Origin: Hemiscyllium ocellatum
Lineage: Eukaryota
Direction of reading: 5' to 3'
DNA: 64,000 bases
NCBI RefSeq assembly: GCF_020745735.1
Contig: NW_026867677.1
Span: forward strand, 62,001 to 126,000
Shown: one piece after another, positions 12,490-23,940 of the stretch
Layout of the letters: each line of letters opens with the position of its first letter
How positions within the stretch are numbered: position 1 is the first letter of the stretch
Notes under the pieces: model-generated
What the model was told of the DNA's origin: nothing
What the model saw: only the letters and a program-made list of their open reading frames with translations
Database searches by the model: none
Position numbers and translations under genes: made by a program

Positions 12490-13210
12490 ATTTTCTCAGT
12501 TGCATTTGGCTTTCATGAGGTGATTTGGTAACAATGATTCCAATTCCATATTTTGTGTGGCAGTAGATCTACTGAAGGCCATGCTTTCATTTGGAGGTTG
12601 CCCAGGTTTCTGTCCGGGCTGATGCAATATGGTCTACCAGTGCTGCTCCTATTGGGCTAATCCATCACACACGAGGGAACCTGACAGGCACTTTCTCTTT
12701 GTGCTGGCAAAGGAAGGGACTTGCTTTTGCTGCAATGGCGGCCAAAGAGATGGGTCAGTGGAGGTAATTTTCCTTAAAAGCTGGACGTAGTGGGATGAGA
12801 ATTCATACACCCACCCACTCCGGTACATGGTGTTGAAGATGCACTGTCCTCGTCAAAACATGTTTGCAAAGCTCTTCATAACACGCAAGGGGAGAGAAAC
12901 ATTGAAAACTATATTATCACGCGTGAGGGTCCATTAACAACTAGGACCAAGATGTTAAATAATCCCGGCACTGACATATTTCCATCATTAGTTTGTTAAG
13001 CAATATTAAAATGTCTGTGATCAGAAAGAAAAACCAAAACATTGTGCAGATTGTTGAACAGGCCCCTACACCTGGGCCTCAGGCAGGAGACCAAGCTCCA
13101 ACACACTGGCCTCACTTCACACTAACCTTCACACAGTGCGGGGTCATGAACTCTGGCCATCAATCCCTCAGGGACCGGGACCGAGTGAGGGAACAGGGAC
13201 AATTGTAGAA
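12490..13210 (+). pseudogene. Unidentified decayed coding-like segment, copy 1 (internally deleted)
   Basis: Reads ..FGGCPGFCPG*CNMVYQCCSYWANPSHTREPDRHFLFVLAK.. and ..HGVEDALSSSKHVCKALHN..; homologous to 27040-28345 on the minus strand. Confidence 0.3.
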
Positions 13211-13887
13211 GAGGCAATAAGGAGTAAAGCAAGATGGAGAGGGTGTTTTGGAGGAGGAAATATACTTTGTCCCACTCAATACTGACATTGTCTATGTGTA
13301 TCAGAGAATGAATAAAAAAACACACTTTGAAGACAAACAAATCAAAAAGGACATTTCACTGGGGTGGGATAAATATCCTGGTTCAGAAGCTTTTCCACCC
13401 CCCCCCCCCCTCTCTCTCTCCTCATTTCTCCAGATTGAACCGGTTAGACCCGAGCAGGGCCCCAGTTCATTTGTTCTGTTCAGGGACAGTGAAACAGCTG
13501 CCCTCTAGTGGCTATAGAGTGCTGGTACCGTGCCACGCGTCAAGTCCTGGGCTATGAGCATCTGAACGAAACAGCAGCCATTCCGGTGGATTCCAGTGGG
13601 AATAAGTTATCAGTTGTTTCGGCCTTGTTCCCCAGTCAGTCAATCAGGCCATGGCTGACCTGGAACATATTCCCACTTAATTCTGTAACCCTTACCTTCC
13701 TAGTAAATGAAAATTGGAGAGTAGACAGACACAAGACAGAGCAAGGCCTCAGAGAACACAGAGAGCTTTCACTCTGCACAGCAAGGCTGTCATGGGGAAC
13801 ATCTGGTGAAAGTCTTGGAAGGTGGTGGGAGGAGAGAGGCATGGGAAAAGAGACCTGACAGTTCAAAGTAAAAGCTTAACACATATT

Positions 13888-14114
13888 TTTTTTAGATTAC
13901 TTACAGTGTGGAAACAGGCCCTTCGGCCCAACAAATCCACTCCTAACACTATGGGCAATTTAGCATGGCCAATTCACCTAACCTGCACATTTTTGGACTG
14001 TGGGAGGAAACCATAGCACCTGGAGGAAACCCACGCAGACACAGGGAGAATGTGCAAACTCCACACAGAGAGTAGCCTGAGGTGGGAATTGAATACTGTG
14101 CCACCGTGCCGCCC
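13888..14114 (-). mobile_element. HE1-like (V-SINE) element, internally deleted
   Basis: gggcggcacggtggcac head, V-domain gtttcctcc..ctcccacagtcc and tail gggcctgtttccacactgtaagtaatcta. 7-bp TSD acatatt (13881-13887 / 14115-14121). Confidence 0.85.
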
Positions 14115-14489
14115 ACATATTGCCATCATCTAATGAATTAATGTGAGAGGATTAGAGACCCATAACAGCGAGAGTGTGGTGGACCCGAGGCTTAAAGGCA
14201 GACAGCAAAGAGCTGCATTATTCCTTCTCAGGGCATTAATATCATTGACAAGCCTCATATTTATTGCCATCTCCAGCTGCTCGGACTGAGTTCTTTGCTG
14301 AGGGAGTTCATGGGGCCATTAAGAATGAATCATGTCACTGTGGGACTGGGGTCACAGACCGGGTGATGACTGGGATCCTTTGCCTAAAGAACATTTGTGA
14401 ACATGACATTGAGTTTAATGGTTTTTGTTTGTACCCATCCCAGCACCTTCCTTCCCAGAATGGGAAGGCCACGTTGGGTTTGGTGCTGG

Positions 14490-16680
14490 TTAAGGAAACT
14501 GGCCAGCTATTAGATTTGGAGGTAGGTGAGCACTTTGATGATAGTGACCACAATTTGGTTTTGTTTACCAGACCAATAGAAAGAGATAGATATATACTAC
14601 AGGGCAAAGGTTATTAGTGGAGGAAAGGCTACTATGATGCGATTAGGCAAGATTTAGGATGAATAGGGTGGGGGAAGGAAACTGCAGGGGATGGGCACAA
14701 CTGAAATGTGGAGCTTATTCAAGGAACAGCAACTGCATGTCTTTGATAAGTATGCACCTGTCAGGCAGGAAGCAAGTGGCCGAGCGAGGGAGCTGTGGTT
14801 TACTAAAGAAGTTGAATCTTTTGTCAAGAGGAAGAAGGAGGCTATGTTAGGATGAGACCTGAAGGCTCAGTTAGGGTGCTTGAGAGTTACAAGTTAGCCA
14901 GGAAAGACCAAAAGAGAGAGCTAGGAACTGCCAGGAGGGGACATGAGATGTTGTTGGTGGATAGGATTAAGGATAATGCGAAAGCTTTGTATAGGTATAT
15001 CAGGAATAAAAGAATGACTGGAGAAAGATTAGGGCCAATCAAAGAGAGTAATAGAAAGTTGTACGTGGAGTGCAAAGAGATGGGGAAGTGCTAATGAATA
15101 TTTTTCCTCAGTATTCGCACTGGAAAAAGACAACGTTATCAAGGAGAATACTGGGATACAGGTTACTAGACTGACAGGATTGACATTCACAAGGAGGAGG
15201 TACTAGCAATTCTGGAAAGTGTGAAAATAGATAAGTTCCCTGGTCCGGATGGAATTTATCCTGGGATTCTCTGGGAATCCAGGAGATTACAGAGACCTTA
15301 CCTTTGATCTTTATGTTGTCATTGTCTATAGGAATAGTGCCAGAAGACTGGAGGATGGCAAATGTTGTCCCCTTGTTTAAGAAGTGGAGTAGAGACAACC
15401 CTGGTAATTATAGACCAGTGAGCCTTACTTCAGTTGTGGGTAAAATGTTGGAAAAGGTTAGCAGAGATAGGATTTATAATCATCTAGAAAGGAATAAATT
15501 GATTAGGGATAGTCAACACGGTAGATCGGGTCTCACAAACCTTATTGGGTTCTTTGAGAAGGTGACCAAACAGGTGCATGAGGGTAAAGCGGTTGATGTG
15601 GTGGATATGCACTTCAGTAAGGCATTGGATAAAGTTCCCCACGATAGACTATTGCACAAAATATGGAGGCATGGGATTGAGGGTGATTTAGTGGTTTAAT
15701 CAGAAGTTGGCTAGCTGAAAGAAGACAGAGCATGGTTATTGGTGGATAATGTTCATCCTGGAGTTCAGTTACTAGTGGTGTAATGCAAGCATTTCTTTTG
15801 GGGCCACTGCTGTTTTTATAAATGACCTGAATGAGGGCATAGAAGGATGGGTGAATAAATTTGTGGATGACACTGAGGTTTGTGGAGTTGTGGATAGTGC
15901 TGAAGGATATTGCAGGTTACACAGAGACAGGGATAAGCTGCAGAGCTGGGCTGAGAGGTGGGAAATACAGAGTTTAATGCAGAAAAATGTGAGGTGATTC
16001 ACTTTGGAAGGAGCAATAGGAATAAAGAGCACTGGGCTAATGGTAAGGTGCTTAGTAGTGTAGATGAGCAGAGAGATCTCGGTGTCCATGTACACAGATC
16101 CTTGAAAGTTGCCATCCAGTTTGACAGGGTGGTTAAGAAGGCTTATGGTGGATTAACTTTTATTGGTAGAGAGGTTGGGTTTAGGAGTCATGAGGTCATG
16201 CTGCAGCTGTACAAACCTCTGGTGTGGCCACAATTGGAGTATTTCATTCAGTTGTGGTCACCGCATTAAAACAAGGATGTGGGAATTTAAGGATTCCGAG
16301 GAAATATACTAGGATGTTGCCTGGCATGGAGGGATGGCGTTATGAAGAAAGGATGGGGGACTTGTGGCTGTTTTTGTTAGAGAGAAGAAGGTTGAGAGTT
16401 GTCTTAATTGCGATATACTAAGATAATCACAAGGTTAGATAGGGTGGACAGTGAGAGCCTTTTTCCTCAGATGCTGAGAGGACATAGGTTTAAATTGAGG
16501 GGTGATAGATATAGGAGAGATGTCAGAAGTAGTTTCTTTACCCAGAGACTAGTAGGGGCATGGAATGCACAGCCTGCAACAGGAGCAGACTCGCCAACAC
16601 TAAGGGCAATTAAATGGTCACGGGATAAACATATGGATAAAAATGGAATAGTGTAGGATAGATGGGCTTCAGAATAGTTC
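14490..16680 (+). mobile_element. 5'-truncated CR1 LINE ORF2 with RT
   Basis: ORF 15304-15699 contains EDWRMANVVPLFKK..PGNYRPVSLTSVVGKMLE and DFSKALDKVPH; downstream decayed C-terminus. Confidence 0.92.
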
Positions 16681-17047
16681 TGAAAATGTGTTGCTGGTTA
16701 AAGCACAGCAGGTTAGGCAGCATCCAAGGAACAGGAAATTCAACGTTTCGGGCCAGAGCCCTTCATCAGGAATGAGGAGAGTGTGCCAGGCAGGCTAAGA
16801 TAAAAGGTAGTGAGGAGGGACTTGCGGGAGGGGCGATGGAGATGTGATAGGTGGAAGGAGGTCATGGTGAGGGTGATAGGCCGGAGTGGGGTGGGGACGG
16901 AGAGGTCAGGAAGAAGGTTGCAGGTTAGGAGGGTGGTGCTGAGTTCGAGGGAATCAACTGAGACAAGGTGGGGGGAGGGGAAATGACGAAACTGGAGAAA
17001 TCTGAGTTCATCCCTTGTGGTTGGAGGGTTCCCAGGCGGAAGAAGAG
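16681..17047 (-). mobile_element. 5'-truncated Penelope-like element 3' end
   Basis: Minus strand encodes LFFRLGTLQPQGMNSDFSSF (GIY-YIG C-terminus, compare LIFCLSSLQPRGFNTEFSNF in the 30 kb element), followed by the pLTR sequence shared with the palindromic elements. Confidence 0.8.
16738..16773 (-). ncRNA. Minimal hammerhead ribozyme motif in the PLE terminus
   Basis: AUUC-CUGAUGA-A-GGGC(UCUG)GCCC-GAAAC-GUU-GAAU: stem I AUUC/GAAU, stem II, NUH = GUU. Activity not tested. Confidence 0.65.
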
Positions 17048-18659
17048 AATAGTTCCCCAGGTCGGTGCAACACAGAGGGTTAAAGGGCCTGTACTGCGCT
17101 GTAATGTTTTATGTTCCAGATTTGACATTGCTCACCTCTGCCCTCTCCAGGACAATTAGGGAAGGACAACAAATAGCAGACAAATCAAAGTTTGCCCTGT
17201 CCCAGGAGAAATGAAAATAAACAATTCAAATGATTAAACTGGTGAGGCTTGAACTCATTGCTTTGAAAGACTGGAGCATCGGCCATGACATGGGTGAGCC
17301 TGCATTTTTAAATTGCAAGGTGGAGTCCCCTACGGATCAGGCACAAAATGAGTTACACTCAAAGACCGAACAAATGGCTACCACAGTGTGTCACCAAACT
17401 GCAATAAACAGCAATTTGTCAGGAAGAACTCAAGAGAAAGCCATTAGTGGGTGTAAGAGGGTAAGACAGACAAGTGTCAGATGTCATTGAATGCACCATA
17501 AATACATGGAAGCTGTTGGGATAGAGCAGGGCAATGGGATTAATTGAATTTTTCTGTTGACAGCTTTCCTGGTTGTAATGACTCAGAACGTTAAAGGATG
17601 AAGTGTAGCTCATATTGTAAACAATGTACTGCAGTGGGCAAGAAAGGATGTTGAGCAACATAAATACTTAAAATTGGGAAAGAAAATCAGAAAAAAGAAA
17701 TGGGAAAGGCCAATGGGACTTTGGAATGAATATTGAGAGTGAGGAGATGGAGGGGAGATTGGCCAGGACAGATGTACTGAAGAATGGTTAGGTCACATCT
17801 GGGATATGGTGGATAGTAATGGGGTTCTTTGAGGGGCAATGCAGATTGGACAGGGATAGGGGATCCAGGTTACAAGGAAACACCAGAACAGGATCTCGAG
17901 GTGGGAGGGAGGGTATTCTGATAACAAAACTTCTTTATGAAATCGACACTGTAAATGTAGATTTACTGTCAATACTGACAAACAGAAAGGCAAAACGACA
18001 CATTCTCTGGTCATTCACCAAGTACAGGAAGGAGATCAGGAAAACTATTTTGACGCAGAGATTGGAATTTAGTGAGTGCTGGTAAACTGGGTCCTCCATT
18101 CAATATGGGACAGAATTACTTCTTGGAATTTGAACAGGTCTGAAGCAAAAGAGCAAATTAGGATCAAATAGTCATTTGAGAATATTGAACTGGACTGAAA
18201 AATGCCCAGTGTTTGGCAGCTTTTCATTTTGCCCTCATCAGGATAATTGTAAAAGTACCAATCAAAGGAGAAAAACATGACATTGATATTGCATATGAGG
18301 AAAGTGCTGACAGACTGAGGTGTTGTCACTATGAACACGCCAGTTTAAATATTTTTTTCCTTTGCTGTGGCATTTCTTGTAAATTGTCCTGATGCGTACA
18401 AGACAAAAAGCTTCAACAAAATGTTTTGTTTTTCGCAACATTCAAATTAGGATCAGTTTGGAGAGAAAGAATGAAGATGGAAATGTATTAAGTTAACAAT
18501 GAAAATTGATCTAAATTCAGCAGAGACCAGGATAGCTTCACCTTGAACTTAATACAGGAATTACCAGGTGAAGTTTAATCACTGGACTGAGGTAACCACC
18601 TTCCATCAGTTTGATTGTTTGAATTGTCCATCAGTTATGTTGATTACTCCTGGAATGGG

Positions 18660-18931
18660 TAAAAAATGAGGTCTGCAGATGCTGGAGATCACAGCTGAAA
18701 ATGTGTTGCTGGTTAAAGCACAGCAGGTTAGGCAGCATCCAAGGAATAGGAAATTCGACGTTTCGGGCATAAGCCCTTCCTGATGAAGGGCTTATGCCCG
18801 AAACGTCGAATTTCCTATTCCGTGGATGCTGCCTAACCTGCTGAGGAAGGGCTTATGCCCGAAACGTCAAATTTCCTATTCCGTGGATGCTGCCTAACCT
18901 GCTGTGCTTTAACCAGCAACACATTTTCAGC
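18660..18931. mobile_element. Palindromic PLE-derived insertion with partially duplicated right arm
   Basis: Long inverted arms centred near 18780. Perfect 15-bp TSD tactcctggaatggg (18645-18659 / 18932-18946). Confidence 0.88.
18777..18810 (+). ncRNA. Minimal hammerhead ribozyme motif (second core at 18841-18868)
   Basis: UUC-CUGAUGA-A-GGGC(UUAU)GCCC-GAAAC-GUC-GAA: all core residues present, palindromic ACGU stem III. Confidence 0.7.
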
Positions 18932-19924
18932 TACTCCTGGAATGGGGAGAGCATTGATGTGTCTGCTAGTTATTGTCCTTCCCTAACTATCCTGGAGAGG
19001 GCGATGGTTAGCCATGAGTTTCTTGCAGAGGATCTGACAGAGTAACAAGATCATAAGACACAGGAGTGGAAGTAAGGCCATTCGGCCCATCGAGTCCACT
19101 CCACTGGGCCTTAGTACAGCTGTCCCTCAGGAGAATGAGCTGTAACACAAGGGAAAACCTGGGAGTGGTGAAAAGGCACAGGCAGACCGGCTAGGCTGCA
19201 GAGGGACAGAACCAGTTTTGATGAATGAGCTGACGTCCTTCCGAGCTGAGTTGCAGACTCAGGCTTTCAGGGCCGCACAGCTTACACTGTTACTGATCAT
19301 AGCTCCATGATTGACGAGACCTGCCCCAGGAGAACATCCACAGAAAGCTGCCTCCTGTGTGTCTGATGTGTCTGTGTGTCTCTCAGACATGACTGAGCAG
19401 CAACAAAAGATTACTCGAGTGCCCGCCCCCCCGCTACTTTCACCCATCAATTTACAAACTCTTTCTGGGGAAAGGGTTCAGCACCTGCCATCGCCTGCTT
19501 CAATGTGTCCTACAACCCACCTCAAGACAACAGACCCCACTGCCCCCTGCCCCTATCATCTGTTCACCATCTCTCTCCTGAAGGCACTATCTCTGGCTGG
19601 GAAACATCTCGAGCCTCCCCAGGTGGTCTCATTCCTCCAAGTGTGGGCTGGGATGGGGAAGCAAGGCAGGCCATTGGACTGGGAGGTATCAACCTGGTCT
19701 CAGTGGGGAGCACTCTCCCCTCACACTCACAATGTAGCAGACTGGATGGATGAGCCATTGGGAAATGCAGGTTGCAGGGATAGCGCAGTGGTTTAGATCT
19801 GGGTGGGATGCTCTTCGGAGGATTGGTGTGAACTCATTGGGGTGAATGGCCTGCTTCAACATTGTACAGATTCCATCATTACGTGATTCTATCACTGAAG
19901 CAAATTATCAAGGCCGAGAGTGCA

Positions 19925-20390
19925 GTGCAGCGCTGAGGGACTGCCACACTGTCAGAGGGTCAGTACTGAGGGAATGCAGCACGTCAGAAGGACAGTACTG
20001 AGGGAGTGCCACACTATTGGAGGGTCAGTACTGAGGGAATGTTGCCCTAATGATGGGTCAGTACTGAGGGAGTGCTGCACTGTCAGAAGGTCAGTACTGA
20101 GACAGTGCCACACTGTCAGAGGCTTCGTACTGAGGGAATGCCGCACTGTCAGAAAGTCAGTACCGTGAGAGTGCTGCACTATCAGATATTTCATGCTGAG
20201 GGAGTGCTGCACTGCTGGTGTGTCAATACTGAGGGAGTGCAACACTGTCCGAGGTTCAGTGCTCAAAGACTATCTTTCAGATGGGATGTTCTGATGTCTG
20301 CCCTCTCAGGGGGCAATAGAAGATGCCATGACTCTATTAGAAGAGCAGAGCAGATCCCCATGGTGTCCTGGTCAATATTTAACAAATATA
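19925..20390 (+). repeat. 33-bp tandem array (~10 units) running into a DeuSINE-like domain
   Basis: Unit actgagggagtgccacactgtcagagggtcagt, followed by tctgccctctcagg..aagatgccatg..gaagagcag..ggtgtcctggtcaatattta (Deu-domain-like). Confidence 0.75.
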
Positions 20391-20559
20391 CCTTTTAGAA
20401 AATACCTGGATGAGCGCCTGAAATATCCAAACATTCAATGCTTTGGACCCAGTTCTGGAAAGCTGATGGAGAGTAGCCTTAGTTTTGCCTTGGTGGGACA
20501 GACATGATCAGATGAGGGACCTCTTCTACACTGTATGATTCTCTGATTCTGTGAAACCT

Positions 20560-20700
20560 CTGGCTGATGACCATGTATTGTCCGCCCTCGGCTGATGAGT
20601 CAGTCTCTCCTCCATGTTGAACAGCACTTGGAGGAAGCTCTGAGGGTAGTGAGGGCACAGACTGTACTCTGGGTGTGGGACTTCAATGTCCACAATCAAA
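20560..20700 (+). mobile_element. LINE endonuclease fragment (family of 51100-52900)
   Basis: ESVSLHVEQHLEEALRV..VLWVWDFNVH, matching ~51715-51815. Confidence 0.7.
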
Positions 20701-20766
20701 AAGGAATTTAAAAAACATCGGGTTTGTTAGGTATCCGATACAAATATTCAAACTGATACTTCTGCG

Positions 20767-20853
20767 GTCCAACGCTCATTCTCCTGTGTCCTCACCCACG
20801 TGACCCTCCCCTCTCCCCTAAGCAAGAGCACCAGGAGATCAGAATGTGTGTAG
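20767..20853 (+). pseudogene. IGKC: 5'-truncated, inverted kappa C-exon fragment; 3' flank homology continues to ~21557
   Basis: Encodes only SNA/FSCVLTHVTLPSPLSKSTRRSECV* with a 1-nt deletion. No splice acceptor and no first Cys/Trp. Downstream sequence matches 34880-35450 in reverse. Confidence 0.9.
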
Positions 20854-22229
20854 AGTGTTTGAGACAGTCCACAGAGGAGACACAACTTTAAATAGAACAG
20901 GGCTGAGCTGGCAGGACAAAGGTCATTGTCAGCACTGAATTTCAACTCTCTTCCTTCTTGAGACTGGCCTCTGGAAGACTCTGAGGTTCAGGGGTTAAGG
21001 CAGGTTACTGTGACACTGTAGAGAGAGCTTCACTCTGTACCCAATCATGCTGTCCCTGTCCTGGGAGTATTGACGAGGACAGTGTGGAGACAGCTCTATT
21101 CTGCTTCTTATCCTGTCCCTGTCCTGGGTGTCTTTGGTGGGAACAGTACGGAAAGAGCTTTACTTTGGATCTAACCCTATTCTGTCCCTGTCCAGGAGAC
21201 TGTTTGTTGGGGACAGTGTTGAGTTGTAATAACAAGCATAACCTTTCAAAGATTGAAAACTGTCAGCTGTATAAAAACAATGTGAACCTCAGAAGTCTCT
21301 GCTTCAGTAAACCAGATCTCCTTCCTGCTCAGCCGCCAGTTCCAATTTAAGGTTTAGCCACTGTTTAAAGGGACAGGATTCTCAGGTTATTGAGAAAATC
21401 TCCACAAGTGTTTTCCTCAAACTCCATTGTGGCTGTGAATTTGTGCAGCTTCCTCTGTCTGGGCTGTTAATTGCTGACTGTTTTCTGTCAATGTCAATCT
21501 GGAAAAGGGAATAAAGATGAAGAAGATTCAGTCTCTGTCTCTGTGTGCTTTGCAAATGGCCCGAGCTGAAGCCTCAGGGAAAGGGTGTGTGAAGTGTTAA
21601 CCTTCACCCTCAAGGCACGGAACACGAGGGGGAGAATAGATAGGGCAATGGGGTCCCGGGAGCAGGAGGGCATTACTACAGTTAGGGACAGAAGGGGCAC
21701 TTTCAGCAGGAATGCAGGGCCCTGAGAAAATCATCCCCAATAAATGGAGCAAAGAAGGAAGGTATGTTGGAGTTTAGAAAGAACGAAGAATCATGATGAG
21801 AGTGAGCTGAACTCAGAGTGTCGATGGGAAAGATCCAAACCCAGAGTGGGGAGGGTACCTTTCACTCCATAACCCTCCATCCACCATGGTGGTGCTCTGA
21901 AGGGGCAGTACCCATCCTGAATACCTGTGCCTGATGAATGGAGAAGAGCTTGTGTCCATACGTGTGTGGGTGGGGAATAGGGAACATATTGAGTTATATA
22001 TCATTATATCTCACCCACAGATGCATCCATCAAAACCACTGAGACCAGCCCCCTCCAGTGGAGAACGAACTGAAGGGGTTCCTGGGGGTCTCTGTGATGG
22101 GAGGGCTATCAAAACCAGAGAGTGGAAGGGTGGGCTCCCTGGGCACTCAATGGCAGTGTATCTGAACATAATGGAGTGAGCTCACTCAGGGAGTGTTCAG
22201 AGCAGATTGGCTCATTGCTGTCGGACTGG

Positions 22230-22490
22230 CAGTGGATCATTACACTGTTGGTCATTTTGAACATGTTCTGGTCCATATTGGGTCAGGGAAGGCTGAGGAC
22301 CAGGACAAGTTCACCTTCACGTTTAAAGACCAACAATATTGATGGAGCTGCCTGTGCCAAGGGTTCCCCAATAGTCCCTCCATCTTCCAGCAGAGCGTGG
22401 CACAGGACTGTGAGAGTTCAGGTCAGCTCACCCAAACAGTTTGCACAGTGTGTGGCTGACTTGCTGCTGGTTGTGGGAACTGAAGAGGAG
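22230..22490 (+). mobile_element. Retrovirus-like reverse transcriptase remnant
   Basis: Across frameshifts: WIITLLVILNMFWSI, EDQDKFTFTFKDQQY*WSCLCQGFPNSPSIF, QCVADLLL (cf. TLDLxNxFWSIP / LPQGFxNSP / YVDD). Confidence 0.6.
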
Positions 22491-23199
22491 GACGTGTCCC
22501 TTTGGGATGACAGAATTCCCAGGAGTTGCTCGGAGGGATCCCGATGTTGATCCCTTCCCTGGAATAGCAGGTGAAAAACTGCTGCATTGCTCAGGCCTTG
22601 ACGTCAAGTGCTGTCACTCTGCCCTCACCTCACTCACATGGTCAGGGGGAGCTCAGTCCACTGACTCACATTTATCTGAATGAATTCCACTTGTTACTGA
22701 TCAGCCCATCGGACCCTCCCAGCCCATCTGTATCCTCATGTCGTCTTGTACTGCTTTGGGACACCCCAATTCGGGAGGGTCAATAAATGGAAAGCACTAA
22801 AACTTTAATTCAGATACTGAAGACAATTACTGGTTTAATAGAGGAATGGATATCTTTCATTTGTAAATGGGATCAACATTTCTTTATTGAGTTAAAGTGA
22901 CTCAGGTTAAATACATCTGTAGTGAATGTATAAATCTACAACAACCCCCACACAGGGTGTTTGGACTTGAGGCTGAGTTGAAAGTATTGGTGACACATCA
23001 GGGAGGTGCAGAGATACCTGGAGACTTTGTCCCAGAAGGATGTTATAAGCCTCAGGACCAGTCCGTCCAATTCCATGTGTAGTGAGGGGCATGAATATCT
23101 GACTGTGAAGATGGCAGGTAAGGATTTGGAGAGCACTGTAGAACAGAAACCCTCCCCGCCCCCTCCTTTGCTGTAGTTGTGGGTATGCTCACCGAGCTG

Positions 23200-23940
23200 G
23201 GAAGTTGATTTGTAAACATTTTGTCCCCTGTCTCAGTGACATCATCAGAGCTTTGGAGCTTCCTGTGAAGTGCTGTTGTGCTGTGTCTTCTGGAATTTAT
23301 TTGATTCCATTCCTGCTGTTTCCAGTTACTGGTTCCGGATGTTTGTTGAAGTGGTCGGTATACTGAGTCTAGGTCAATGTGCTTATTGATGGAGCCCATG
23401 GATAAGTGTCATGCCTCTAGAAATTCTCTGGCTGTACTCTGTTGAGCTTGTCCTGTGATCATAGTGTTGGCCCAATCGAATTTGTGGTCCTTGTCATCTG
23501 TGTGTATAGTTCCTCAGGAAAACTGCTCATGGGGTTTAGTGGCTCGTTGGTGTTCATGGATGTGGATGGCTAGTTGTCTGCCTGTTTGTCCCAAGTGTTT
23601 TGTGCAAACATTGCATGGATTCTTGTAAACTCCATCTGTCTTTCACACGGTGGGTATTGGGCCTTTTGTTCTCATGGGTTGTCTGAGCGTGGCTATCAGT
23701 TTCTGGGCTGTTTATGAGTGGTTGGAGTTCTGTGATGTTTTTATATAAGGCAGTGTGGCTAGTGGGTTAGGTCGTGGCATACCCTCATCGCGTTGTTTGT
23801 CTGTTATGCACCTGTGGATGAAGTTGCAGGAATATCTGTCCTTGGCAAAGTCTTTGTAGAAGTGAACTTCTCTTTGCAGGTTGGGAGTGCTGCAGTGGGT
23901 TGTAGCCCTTTAGAACAGGTTTCTAATGCAACTTCTCCTG
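23200..23940 (-). mobile_element. Penelope-like element 3' fragment (second subfamily; decayed GIY-YIG)
   Basis: Decayed RATTHCSTP, ATLPYIKN and HKFDWANT..AREFLEAWH..SINKHIDLD segments; degenerate hammerhead core at ~23212-23252. Confidence 0.75.

Larger units (their letters stand above)
10075..14460 (+). repeat. Left arm of an old ~4.3 kb inverted duplication (partner 25685-29925)
   Basis: Serial reverse-complement matches: 10075-10410/29604-29925, 10430-10660/29030-29280, 11775-13390/26845-29000, 14240-14460/25685-25885. Confidence 0.88.

Noticed and set aside
19925-20270. CRISPR-like array or repeat-protein ORFs (19920-20168, 19952-20266, 20072-20398)
   Set aside because: Units are head-to-tail with no unique spacers, the context is eukaryotic, and the ORFs are by-products of a 33-bp period.
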